Source of the DNA: Leptogorgia sarmentosa
Taxonomy: Eukaryota
Assembly (NCBI GenBank): GCA_964658305.1
Contig: OZ210885.1
Coordinates: 14,756,001-14,820,000 of the forward strand
Reading direction: 5' to 3'
Length of the DNA stretch: 64,000 bases
Shown: piece by piece, positions 41,300 to 56,000 of the stretch
How the letters are laid out: every line of letters starts with the position of its first letter
Numbering within the stretch: the stretch's first letter is position 1
The notes under the pieces: model-generated
Databases searched by the model: none
Told to the model about the DNA's origin: nothing
What the model saw: only the letters and a program-made list of their open reading frames with translations
Position numbers and translations under genes: made by a program

Positions 41300-44200
41300 A
41301 CGAGAACCGGTATTTTCCTACTCGTACGGTCGTAGACATTTGTTGATGGAAGTTACACTTTTTAAACGTGTAACAATAACAAAACCCTGAAGTTGAAATT
41401 GAAAGGAATTATATTTACAAATAGGCATTAAATAACATTTAGTAAAACAACAATACAAAGTATTTCCAGATGTAGCAATAACAAAATCCCTGAAGTTTAC
41501 ATTGAAAGCAAACCTATTTACAAACACACATACAATAAAATGAAGCAAGTCTACAACACAAAGTATTCCCAGGTGGTCACCCATCCAAGTACTAACGTTG
41601 CCCACCTAGGCTTAACTTCGGTGATCAGACGAGAACCGGTATTTTCCTACTCGTACGGTCGTAGACATTTGTTGATGGAAGTTACACTTTTTAAACGTGT
41701 AACAATAACAAAACCCTGAAGTTGAAATTGAAAGGAATGATATTTACAAATAGGCATTAAATAACATTTAGCAAAACAACAATACAAAGTATTTCCAGAT
41801 GTAGCAATAACAAAATCCCTGAAGTTTACATTGAAAGCAAACCTATTTACAAACACACATACAATAAAATGAAGCAAGTCTACAACACAAAGTATTCCCA
41901 GGCAGTCACCCATCCAACTACTAACTGTGCCCACCTAGGGTTAACTTCGGTGATCAGACGAGAACCGGTACTTTCCTACTGGTATCGTCGTAGACATTTG
42001 TTGATGGAAGTAACACTTTTTAAACATGTAACAATAACAAAACTCTGAATTTGAAATTGAAAGCAAACCTATTTACAAACACACATACAATAAAATGAAG
42101 CAAGTCTACAACACAAAGTATTCCCAGGTGGTCACCCATCCAACTACTAACTGTGCCCACCTAGGGTTAACTTCGGTGATCAGACGAGAACCGGTATTTT
42201 CCTACTTGTACGGTCATAGACATTTGTTGATGGAAGTTACACTTTTTAAACATGTAACAATAACAAAACCCTGAAGTTGAAATTGAAAGGAATGATATTT
42301 ACAAATAGGCATTAAATAACATTTAGCAAAACAACAATACAAAGTATTTCCAGATGTAGCAATAACAAAATCCCTGAAGTTTACATTGAAAGCAAACCTA
42401 TTTACAAACACACATACAATAAAATGAAGCAAGTCTACAACACAAAGTATTCCTAGGTGGTCACCCATCCAAGTACTAACTTTGCCCACCTAGGCTTAAC
42501 TTCGGTGATCAGACGAGAACCGGTATTTTCCTAGTGGTATGGTCGTAGCCATTTGTTGATGGAAGTTACACTTTTTAAACATGTAACAATAACAAAACCC
42601 TGAAGTTGAAATTGAAAGCAAACCTATTTACAAACACACATACAATAAAATGAAGCAAGTCTACAACACAAAGTATTCCCAGGTGGTCACCCATCCAAGT
42701 ACTAACTTTGCCCACCTAGGCTTAACTTCGGTGATCAGACGAGAACTGGTATTTTCCTACTGGTATGGTCGTAGACATTTGTTGATGCAAGTTACACTTT
42801 TCAAATTTGTAACAATAACAAAACCCTGAAGTTGAAATTGAAAGCAAACCTATTTACAAACACACATACAATAAAATGAAGCAAGTCTACAACACAAAGT
42901 ATTCCCAGGTAGTCACCCATCCAAGTACTAACTTTGCCCACCTAGGCTTAACTTCGGTGATCAGACGAGAACCGTTATTTTCCTACTGGTATGGTCGTAG
43001 ACATTTGTTCATGGAAGTTACACTTTTTAAACGTGTAACAATAACAAAACCCTGAAGTTGAAATTGAAAGCAAACCTATTTACAAACACACATACAATAA
43101 AATGAAGCAAGTCTACAACACAAAGTATTCCCAGGTGGTCACCCATCCAAGTACTAACGTTGCCCACCTAGGCTTAACTTCGGTGATCAGACGAGAACCG
43201 GTATTTTCCTACTCGTACGGTCGTAGACATTTGTTGATGGAAGTTACACTTTTTAAACGTGTAACAATAACAAAACCCTGAAGTTGAAATTGAAAGGAAT
43301 TATATTTACAAATAGGCATTAAATAACATTTAGTAAAACAACAATACAAAGTATTTCCAGATGTAGCAATAACAAAATCCCTGAAGTTTACATTGAAAGC
43401 AAACCTATTTACAAACACACATACAATAAAATGAAGCAAGTCTACAACACAAAGTATTCCCAGGTGGTCACCCATCCAAGTACTAACGTTGCCCACCTAG
43501 GCTTAACTTTGGTGATCAGACGAGAACCGGTATTTTCCTACTCGTACGGTCGTAGACATTTGTTGATGGAAGTTATACTTTTTAAACGTGTAACAATAAC
43601 AAAACCCTGAAGTTGAAATTGAAAGCAAACCTATTTACAAACACACATACAATAAAATGAAGCAAGTCTACAACACAAAGTATTCCCAGGTAGTCACCCA
43701 TCCAAGTACTAACTTTGCCCACCTAGGCTTAACTTCGGTGATCAGACGAGAACCGGTATTTTCCTACTGGTATGGTCGTAGACATTTGTTGATGGAAGTT
43801 ACACTTTTTAAACGTGTAACAATAACAAAACCCTGAAGTTGAAATTGAAAGCAAACCTATTTACAAACACACATACAATAAAATGAAGCAAGTCTACAAC
43901 ACAAAGTATTCTCAGGTGGTCACCCATCCAACTACTAACTTTGCCCACCTAGGCTTAACTTCGGTGATCAGACGAGAACCGGTATTTTCCTACTCGTATG
44001 GTCGTAAACATTTGTTGATGGAAGTTACACTTTTTAAACGTGTAACAATAACAAAACCCCGAAGTTGAAATTGAAAGCAAACCTATTTACAAACACACAT
44101 ACAATAAAATGAAGCAAGTCTACAACACAAAGTATTCCCAGGTGGTCACCCATCCAACTACTAACTTTGCCCACCTAGGCTTAACTTCGGTGATCAGACG

Positions 44201-47200
44201 AGAACCGGTATTTTCCTACTCGTACGGTCGTAGACATTTGTGGATGGAAGTTACACTTTTTAAACGTGTAACAATAACAAAACCCTGAAGTTGAAATTGA
44301 AGGAATGATATTTACAAATAGGCATTAAATAACATTTAGCAAAACAACAATACAAAGTATTTCCAGATGTAGCAATAACAAAATCCCTGAAGTTTACATT
44401 GAAAGCAAACCTATTTACAAACACACATACAATAAAATGAAGCAAGTCTACAACACAAAGTATTCCCAGGCGGTCACCCATCCAACTACTAACTGTGCCC
44501 ACCTAGGGTTAACTTCGGTGATCAGACGAGAACCGGTACTTTCCTACTGGTATCGTCGTAGACATTTGTTGATGGAAGTAACACTTTTTAAACATGTAAC
44601 AATAACAAAACCCTGAAGTTGAAATTGAAAGCAAACCTATTTACAAACACACATACAATAAAATGAAGCAAGTCTACAACACAAAGTATTCCCAGGTGGT
44701 CACCCATCCAACTACTAACTTTGCCCACCTAGGCTTAACTTCGGTGATCAGACGAGAACCGGTATTTTCCTACTCGTATGGTCGTAAACATTTGTTGATG
44801 GAAGTTACACTTTTTAAACGTGTAACAATAACAAAACCCCGAAGTTGAAATTGAAAGCAAACCTATTTACAAACACACATACAATAAAATGAAGCAAGTC
44901 TACAACACAAAGTATTCCCAGGTGGTCACCCATCCAACTACTAACTTTGCCCACCTAGGCTTAACTTCGGTGATCAGACGAGAACCGGTATTTTCCTACT
45001 CGTACGGTCGTAGACATTTGTTGATGGAAGTTACACTTTTTAAACGTGTAACAATAACAAAACCCTGAAGTTGAAATTGAAAGGAATTATATTTACAAAT
45101 AGGCATTAAATAACATTTAGTAAAACAACAATACAAAGTATATCCAGATGTAGCAATAACAAAATCCCTGAAGTTTACATTGAAAGCAAACCTATTTACA
45201 AACACACATACAATAAAATGAAGCAAGTCTACAACACAAAGTATTCCCAGGTGGTCACCCAACCAAGTACTAACGTTGCCCACCTAGGCTTAACTTCGGT
45301 GATCAGACGAGAACCGGTATTTTCCAACTGGTATGGTTGTAGACATTTGTTGATGGAAGTTACACTTTTTAAACGTGTAACAATAACAAAACCCTGAAGT
45401 TGAAATTGAAAGCAAACCTATTTACAAACACACATACAATAAAATGAAGCAAGTCTCCAACACAAAGTATTCCCAGGTGGTCACCCATCCAACTACTAAC
45501 TGTGCCCACCTAGGGTTAACTTCGGTGATCAGACGAGAACCGGTATTTTCCTACTTGTACGGTCATAGACATTTGTTGATGGAAGTTACACTTTTTAAAC
45601 ATGTAACAATAACAAAACCCTGAAGTTGAAATTGAAAGGAATGATATTTACAAATAGGCATTAAATAACATTTAGCAAAACAACAATACAAAGTATTTCC
45701 AGATGTAGCAATAACAAAATCCCTGAAGTTTACATTGAAAGCAAACCTATTTACAAACACACATACAATAAAATGAAGCAAGTCTACAACACAAAGTATT
45801 CCCAGGTGGTCACCCATCCAAGTACTAACTTTGCCCACCTAGGCTTAACTTCAGTGATCAGACGAGAACCGGTACTTTCCTACTGGTATCGTCGTAGACA
45901 TTTGTTGATGGAAGTAACACTTTTTAAACATGTAACAATAACAAAACCCTGAAGTTGAAATTGAAAGCAAACCTATTTACAAACACACATACAATAAAAT
46001 GAAGCAAGTCTACAACACAAAGTATTCCCAGGTGGTCACCCATCCAACTACTAACTTTGCCCACCTAGGCTTAACTTCGGTGATCAGACGAGAACCGGTA
46101 TTTTCCTACTCGTACGGTCGTAGACATTTGTTGATGGAAGTTACACTTTTTAAACGTGTAACAATAACAAAACCCTGAAGTTGAAATTGAAAGGAATTAT
46201 ATTTACAAATAGGCATTAAATAACATTTAGTAAAACAACAATACAAAGTATTTCCAGATGTAGCAATAACAAAATCCCTGAAGTTTACATTGAAAGCAAA
46301 CCTATTTACAAACACACATACAATAAAATGAAGCAAGTCTACAACACAAAGTATTCCCAGGTGGTCACCCATCCAAGTACTAACGTTGCCCACCTAGGCT
46401 TAACTTCGGTGATCAGACGAGAACCGGTATTTTCCTACTCGTACGGTCGTAGACATTTGTTGATGGAAGTTACACTTTTTAAACGTGTAACAATAACAAA
46501 ACCCTGAAGTTGAAATTGAAAGGAATGATATTTACAAATAGGCATTAAATAACATTTAGCAAAACAACAATACAAAGTATTTCCAGATGTAGCAATAACA
46601 AAATCCCTGAAGTTTACATTGAAAGCAAACCTATTTACAAACACACATACAATAAAATGAAGCAAGTCTACAACACAAAGTATTCCCAGGCAGTCACCCA
46701 TCCAACTACTAACTGTGCCCACCTAGGGTTAACTTCGGTGATCAGACGAGAACCGGTACTTTCCTACTGGTATCGTCGTAGACATTTGTTGATGGAAGTA
46801 ACACTTTTTAAACATGTAACAATAACAAAACTCTGAATTTGAAATTGAAAGCAAACCTATTTACAAACACACATACAATAAAATGAAGCAAGTCTACAAC
46901 ACAAAGTATTCCCAGGTGGTCACCCATCCAACTACTAACTGTGCCCACCTAGGGTTAACTTCGGTGATCAGACGAGAACCGGTATTTTCCTACTTGTACG
47001 GTCATAGACATTTGTTGATGGAAGTTACACTTTTTAAACATGTAACAATAACAAAACCCTGAAGTTGAAATTGAAAGGAATGATATTTACAAATAGGCAT
47101 TAAATAACATTTAGCAAAACAACAATACAAAGTATTTCCAGATGTAGCAATAACAAAATCCCTGAAGTTTACATTGAAAGCAAACCTATTTACAAACACA

Positions 47201-50200
47201 CATACAATAAAATGAAGCAAGTCTACAACACAAAGTATTCCTAGGTGGTCACCCATCCAAGTACTAACTTTGCCCACCTAGGCTTAACTTCGGTGATCAG
47301 ACGAGAACCGGTATTTTCCTAGTGGTATGGTCGTAGCCATTTGTTGATGGAAGTTACACTTTTTAAACATGTAACAATAACAAAACCCTGAAGTTGAAAT
47401 TGAAAGCAAACCTATTTACAAACACACATACAATAAAATGAAGCAAGTCTACAACACAAAGTATTCCCAGGTGGTCACCCATCCAAGTACTAACTTTGCC
47501 CACCTAGGCTTAACTTCGGTGATCAGACGAGAACTGGTATTTTCCTACTGGTATGGTCGTAGACATTTGTTGATGCAAGTTACACTTTTCAAATTTGTAA
47601 CAATAACAAAACCCTGAAGTTGAAATTGAAAGCAAACCTATTTACAAACACACATACAATAAAATGAAGCAAGTCTACAACACAAAGTATTCCCAGGTAG
47701 TCACCCATCCAAGTACTAACTTTGCCCACCTAGGCTTAACTTCGGTGATCAGACGAGAACCGTTATTTTCCTACTGGTATGGTCGTAGACATTTGTTCAT
47801 GGAAGTTACACTTTTTAAACGTGTAACAATAACAAAACCCTGAAGTTGAAATTGAAAGCAAACCTATTTACAAACACACATACAATAAAATGAAGCAAGT
47901 CTACAACACAAAGTATTCCCAGGTGGTCACCCATCCAAGTACTAACGTTGCCCACCTAGGCTTAACTTCGGTGATCAGACGAGAACCGGTATTTTCCTAC
48001 TCGTACGGTCGTAGACATTTGTTGATGGAAGTTACACTTTTTAAACGTGTAACAATAACAAAACCCTGAAGTTGAAATTGAAAGGAATTATATTTACAAA
48101 TAGGCATTAAATAACATTTAGTAAAACAACAATACAAAGTATTTCCAGATGTAGCAATAACAAAATCCCTGAAGTTTACATTGAAAGCAAACCTATTTAC
48201 AAACACACATACAATAAAATGAAGCAAGTCTACAACACAAAGTATTCCCAGGTGGTCACCCATCCAAGTACTAACGTTGCCCACCTAGGCTTAACTTTGG
48301 TGATCAGACGAGAACCGGTATTTTCCTACTCGTACGGTCGTAGACATTTGTTGATGGAAGTTATACTTTTTAAACGTGTAACAATAACAAAACCCTGAAG
48401 TTGAAATTGAAAGCAAACCTATTTACAAACACACATACAATAAAATGAAGCAAGTCTACAACACAAAGTATTCCCAGGTAGTCACCCATCCAAGTACTAA
48501 CTTTGCCCACCTAGGCTTAACTTCGGTGATCAGACGAGAACCGGTATTTTCCTACTGGTATGGTCGTAGACATTTGTTGATGGAAGTTACACTTTTTAAA
48601 CGTGTAACAATAACAAAACCCTGAAGTTGAAATTGAAAGCAAACCTATTTACAAACACACATACAATAAAATGAAGCAAGTCTACAACACAAAGTATTCT
48701 CAGGTGGTCACCCATCCAACTACTAACTTTGCCCACCTAGGCTTAACTTCGGTGATCAGACGAGAACCGGTATTTTCCTACTCGTATGGTCGTAAACATT
48801 TGTTGATGGAAGTTACACTTTTTAAACGTGTAACAATAACAAAACCCCGAAGTTGAAATTGAAAGCAAACCTATTTACAAACACACATACAATAAAATGA
48901 AGCAAGTCTACAACACAAAGTATTCCCAGGTGGTCACCCATCCAACTACTAACTTTGCCCACCTAGGCTTAACTTCGGTGATCAGACGAGAACCGGTATT
49001 TTCCTACTCGTACGGTCGTAGACATTTGTGGATGGAAGTTACACTTTTTAAACGTGTAACAATAACAAAACCCTGAAGTTGAAATTGAAGGAATGATATT
49101 TACAAATAGGCATTAAATAACATTTAGCAAAACAACAATACAAAGTATTTCCAGATGTAGCAATAACAAAATCCCTGAAGTTTACATTGAAAGCAAACCT
49201 ATTTACAAACACACATACAATAAAATGAAGCAAGTCTACAACACAAAGTATTCCCAGGCGGTCACCCATCCAACTACTAACTGTGCCCACCTAGGGTTAA
49301 CTTCGGTGATCAGACGAGAACCGGTACTTTCCTACTGGTATCGTCGTAGACATTTGTTGATGGAAGTAACACTTTTTAAACATGTAACAATAACAAAACC
49401 CTGAAGTTGAAATTGAAAGCAAACCTATTTACAAACACACATACAATAAAATGAAGCAAGTCTACAACACAAAGTATTCCCAGGTGGTCACCCATCCAAC
49501 TACTAACTTTGCCCACCTAGGCTTAACTTCGGTGATCAGACGAGAACCGGTATTTTCCTACTCGTATGGTCGTAAACATTTGTTGATGGAAGTTACACTT
49601 TTTAAACGTGTAACAATAACAAAACCCCGAAGTTGAAATTGAAAGCAAACCTATTTACAAACACACATACAATAAAATGAAGCAAGTCTACAACACAAAG
49701 TATTCCCAGGTGGTCACCCATCCAACTACTAACTTTGCCCACCTAGGCTTAACTTCGGTGATCAGACGAGAACCGGTATTTTCCTACTCGTACGGTCGTA
49801 GACATTTGTTGATGGAAGTTACACTTTTTAAACGTGTAACAATAACAAAACCCTGAAGTTGAAATTGAAAGGAATTATATTTACAAATAGGCATTAAATA
49901 ACATTTAGTAAAACAACAATACAAAGTATATCCAGATGTAGCAATAACAAAATCCCTGAAGTTTACATTGAAAGCAAACCTATTTACAAACACACATACA
50001 ATAAAATGAAGCAAGTCTACAACACAAAGTATTCCCAGGTGGTCACCCAACCAAGTACTAACGTTGCCCACCTAGGCTTAACTTCGGTGATCAGACGAGA
50101 ACCGGTATTTTCCAACTGGTATGGTTGTAGACATTTGTTGATGGAAGTTACACTTTTTAAACGTGTAACAATAACAAAACCCTGAAGTTGAAATTGAAAG

Positions 50201-50870
50201 CAAACCTATTTACAAACACACATACAATAAAATGAAGCAAGTCTCCAACACAAAGTATTCCCAGGTGGTCACCCATCCAACTACTAACTGTGCCCACCTA
50301 GGGTTAACTTCGGTGATCAGACGAGAACCGGTATTTTCCTACTTGTACGGTCATAGACATTTGTTGATGGAAGTTACACTTTTTAAACATGTAACAATAA
50401 CAAAACCCTGAAGTTGAAATTGAAAGGAATGATATTTACAAATAGGCATTAAATAACATTTAGCAAAACAACAATACAAAGTATTTCCAGATGTAGCAAT
50501 AACAAAATCCCTGAAGTTTACATTGAAAGCAAACCTATTTACAAACACACATACAATAAAATGAAGCAAGTCTACAACACAAAGTATTCCCAGGTGGTCA
50601 CCCATCCAAGTACTAACTTTGCCCACCTAGGCTTAACTTCAGTGATCAGACGAGAACCGGTACTTTCCTACTGGTATCGTCGTAGACATTTGTTGATGGA
50701 AGTAACACTTTTTAAACATGTAACAATAACAAAACCCTGAAGTTGAAATTGAAAGCAAACCTATTTACAAACACACATACAATAAAATGAAGCAAGTCTA
50801 CAACACAAAGTATTCCCAGGTGGTCACCCATCCAACTACTAACTTTGCCCACCTAGGCTTAACTTCGGTG
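41300..50870. repeat. Higher-order repeat, 2 x 4788 bp (18-mer); boundaries approximate
   Basis: Nine ORF pairs are offset by 4788 = 7x329 + 11x226 - 1. A shared 1-bp deletion (ttgaagg) occurs near 44300 and 49088. Confidence 0.9.
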
Positions 50871-53099
50871 ATCAGACGAGAACCGGTATTTTCCTACTCG
50901 TATGGTCGTAAACATTTGTTGATGGAAGTTACACTTTTTAAACGTGTAACAATAACAAAACCCCGAAGTTGAAATTGAAAGCAAACCTATTTACAAACAC
51001 ACATACAATAAAATGAAGCAAGTCTACAACACAAAGTATTCCCAGGTGGTCACCCATCCAAGTACTAACGTTGCCCACCTAGGCTTAACTTCGGTGATCA
51101 GACGAGAACCGGTATTTTGCTACTGGTATGGTTGTAGACATTTGTTGATGAAAGTTACACTTTTTAAACGTGTAACAATAACAAAACCCTGAAGTTGAAA
51201 TTGAAAGCAAACCTATTTACAAACACACATACAATAAAATGAAGCAAGTCTACAACACAAAGTATTCCCAGGTAGTCACCCATCCAAGTACTAACTTTGC
51301 CCACCTAGGCTTAACTTCGGTGATCAGACGAGAACCGGTATTTTCCTAGTGGTATGGTCGTAGCCATTTGTTGATGGAAGTTACACTTTTTAAACATGTA
51401 ACAATAACAAAACCCTGAAGTTGAAATTGAAAGCAAACCTATTTACAAACACACATACAATAAAATGAAGCAAGTCTACAACACAAAGTATTCCCAGGTG
51501 GTCACCCATCCAAGTACTAACTTTGCCCACCTAGGCTTAACTTCGGTGATCAGACGAGAACCGGTATTTTCCTACTGGTATGGTCGTAGACATTTGTTGA
51601 TGCAAGTTACACTTTTTAAATTTGTAACAATAACAAAACCCTGAAGTTGAAATTGAAAGCAAACCTATTTACAAACACACATACAATAAAATGAAGCAAG
51701 TCTACAACACAAAGTATTCCCAGGTAGTCACCCATCCAAGTACTAACTTTGCCCACCTAGGCTTAACTTCGGTGATCAGACGAGAACCGGAATTTTCCTA
51801 CTCGTACGGTCGTAGACATTTGTGGATGGAAGTTACACTTTTTAAACGTGTAACAATAACAAAACCCTGAAGTTGAAATTGAAAGGAATGATATTTACAA
51901 ATAGGCATTAAATAACATTTAGCAAAACAACAATACAAAGTATTTCCAGATGTAGCAATAACAAAATCCCTGAAGTTTACATTGAAAGCAAACCTATTTA
52001 CAAACACACATACAATAAAATGAAGCAAGTCTACAACACAAAGTATTCCCAGGCGGTCACCCATCCAACTACTAACTGTGCCCACCTAGGGTTAACTTCG
52101 GTGATCAGACGAGAACCGGTACTTTCCTACTGGTATCGTCGTAGACATTTGTTGATGGAAGTAACACTTTTTAAACATGTAACAATAACAAAACCCTGAA
52201 GTTGAAATTGAAAGCAAACCTATTTACAAACACACATACAATAAAATGAAGCAAGTCTACAACACAAAGTATTCCCAGGTGGTCACCCATCCAACTACTA
52301 ACTTTGCCCACCTAGGCTTAACTTCGGTGATCAGACGAGAACCGGTATTTTCCTACTCGTATGGTCGTAAACATTTGTTGATGGAAGTTACACTTTTTAA
52401 ACGTGTAACAATAACAAAACCCCGAAGTTGAAATTGAAAGCAAACCTATTTACAAACACACATACAATAAAATGAAGCAAGTCTACAACACAAAGTATTC
52501 CCAGGTGGTCACCCATCCAACTACTAACTTTGCCCACCTAGGCTTAACTTCGGTGATCAGACGAGAACCGGTATTTTCCTACTCGTACGGTCGTAGACAT
52601 TTGTTGATGGAAGTTACACTTTTTAAACGTGTAACAATAACAAAACCCTGAAGTTGAAATTGAAAGGAATTATATTTACAAATAGGCATTAAATAACATT
52701 TAGTAAAACAACAATACAAAGTATATCCAGATGTAGCAATAACAAAATCCCTGAAGTTTACATTGAAAGCAAACGTATTTACAAACACACATACAATAAA
52801 ATGAAGCAAGTCTACAACACAAAGTATTCCCAGGTGGTCACCCATCCAAGTACTAACGTTGCCCACCTAGGCTTAACTTCGGTGATCAGACGAGAACCGG
52901 CATTTTCCTACTGGTATGGTTGTAGACATTTGTTGATGAAAGTTACACTTTTTAAACGTGTAACAATAACAAAACCCTGAAGTTGAAATTGAAAGCAAAC
53001 CTATTTACAAACACACATACAATAAAATGAAGCAAGTCTACAACACAAAGTATTCCCAGGTAGTCACCCATCCAAGTACTAACTTTGCCCACCTAGGCT

Positions 53100-56000
53100 T
53101 AACTTCAGTGATCAGACGAGAACCGGTATTTTCCTAGTGGTATGGTCGTAGCCATTTGTTGATGGAAGTTACACTTTTTAAACATGTAACAATAACAAAA
53201 CCCTGAAGTTGAAATTGAAAGCAAACCTATTTACAAACACACATACAATAAAATGAAGCAAGTCTACAACACAAAGTATTCCCAGGTGGTCACCCATCCA
53301 AGTACTAACTTTGCCCACCTAGGCTTAACTTCGGTGATCAGACGAGAACCGGTATTTTCCTACTGGTATGGTCGTAGACATTTGTTGATGCAAGTTACAC
53401 TTTTTAAATTTGTAACAATAACAAAACCCTGAAGTTGAAATTGAAAGCAAACCTATTTACAAACACACATACAATAAAATGAAGCAAGTCTACAACACAA
53501 AGTATTCCCAGGTAGTCACCCATCCAAGTACTAACTTTGCCCACCTAGGCTTAACTTCGGTGATCAGACGAGAACCGGAATTTTCCTACTCGTACGGTCG
53601 TAGACATTTGTTGATGGAAGTTACACTTTTTAAACGTGTAACAATAACAAAACCCTGAAGTTGAAATTGAAAGGAATTATATTTACAAATAGGCATTAAA
53701 TAACATTTAGTAAAACAACAATACAAAGTATTTCCAGATGTAGCAATAACAAAATCCCTGAAGTTTACATTGAAAGCAAACCTATTTACAAACACACATA
53801 CAATAAAATGAAGCAAGTCTACAACACAAAGTATTCCCAGGTGGTCACCCATCCAAGTACTAACGTTGCCCACCTAGACTTAACTTTGGTGATCAGACGA
53901 GAACCGGTATTTTCCTACTCGTACGGTCGTAGACATTTGTTGATGGAAGTTACACTTTTTAAACGTGTAACAATAACAAAACCCTGAAGTTGAAATTGAA
54001 AGCAAACCTATTTACAAACACACATACAATAAAATGAAGCAAGTCTACAACACAAAGTATTCCCAGGTAGTCACCCATCCAAGTACTAACTTTGCCCACC
54101 TAGGCTTAACTTCGGTGATCAGACGAGAACCGGTATTTTCCTACTGGTATGGTCGTAGACATTTGTTGATGGAAGTTACACTTTTTAAACGTGTAACAAT
54201 AACAAAACCCTGAAGTTGAAATTGAAAGCAAACCTATTTACAAACACACATACAATAAAATGAAGCAAGTCTACAACACAAAGTATTCTCAGGTGGTCAC
54301 CCATCCAACTACTAACTTTGCCCACCTAGGCTTAACTTCGGTGATCAGACGAGAACCGGTATTTTCCTACTCGTATGGTCGTAAACATTTGTTGATGGAA
54401 GTTACACTTTTTAAACGTGTAACAATAACAAAACCCCGAAGTTGAAATTGAAAGCAAACCTATTTACAAACACACATACAATAAAATGAAGCAAGTCTAC
54501 AACACAAAGTATTCCCAGGTGGTCACCCATCCAACTACTAACTTTGCCCACCTAGGCTTAACTTCGGTGATCAGACGAGAACCGGTATTTTGCTACTCGT
54601 ACGGTCGTAGACATTTGTTGATGGAAGTTACACTTTTTAAACGTGTAACAATAACAAAACCCTGAAGTTGAAATTGAAAGGAATTATATTTACAAATAGG
54701 CATTAAATAACATTTAGTAAAACAACAATACAAAGTATTTCCAGATGTAGCAATAACAAAATCCCTGAAGTTTACATTGAAAGCAAACCTATTTACAAAC
54801 ACACATACAATAAAATGAAGCAAGTCTACAACACAAAGTATTCCCAGGTGGTCACCCAACCAAGTACTAACGTTGCCCACCCAGGCTTAACTTCGGTGAT
54901 CAGACGAGAACCGGTATTTTCCTACTTGTATGGTTGTAGACATTTGTTGAAGGAAGTTACACTTTTTAAACGTGTAACAATAACAAAACCCTGAAGTTGA
55001 AATTGAAAGCAAACCTATTTACAAACACACATACAATAAAATGAAGCAAGTCTACAACACAAAGTATTCCCAGGTGGTCACCCATCCAACTACTAACTGT
55101 GCCCACCTAGGGTTAACTTCGGTGATCAGACGAGAACCGGTATTTTCCTACTTGTACGGTCATAGACATTTGTTGATGGAAGTTACACTTTTTAAACGTG
55201 TAACAATAAGAAAACCCTGAAGTTGAAATTGAAAGGAATTATATTTACAAATAGGCATTAAATAACATTTAGTAAAACAACAATACAAAGTATATCCAGA
55301 TGTAGCAATAACAAAATCCCTGAAGTTTACATTGAAAGCAAACCTATTTACAAACACACATACAATAAAATGAAGCAAGTCTACAACACAAAGTATTCCC
55401 AGGTGGTCACCCATCCAAGTACTAACGTTGCCCACCTAGGCTTAACTTCGGTGATCAGACGAGAACCGGTATTTTCCTACTGGTATGGTTGTAGACAATT
55501 GTTGATGAAAGTTACACTTTTTAAACGTGTAACAATAACAAAACCCTGAAGTTGAAATTGAAAGCAAACCTATTTACAAACACACATACAATAAAATGAA
55601 GCAAGTCTACAACACAAAGTATTCCCAGGTAGTCACCCATCCAAGTACTAACTTTGCCCACCTAGGCTTAACTTCGGTGATCAGACGAGAACCGGTATTT
55701 TCCTAGTGGTATGGTCGTAGCCATTTGTTGATGGAAGTTACACTTTTTAAACATGTAACAATAACAAAACCCTGAAGTTGAAATTGAAAGCAAACCTATT
55801 TACAAACACACATACAATAAAATGAAGCAAGTCTACAACACAAAGTATTCCCAGGTGGTCACCCATCCAAGTACTAACTTTGCCCACCTAGGCTTAACTT
55901 CGGTGATCAGACGAGAACCGGTATTTTCCTACTGGTATGGTCGTAGACATTTGTTGATGCAAGTTACACTTTTTAAATTTGTAACAATAACAAAACCCTG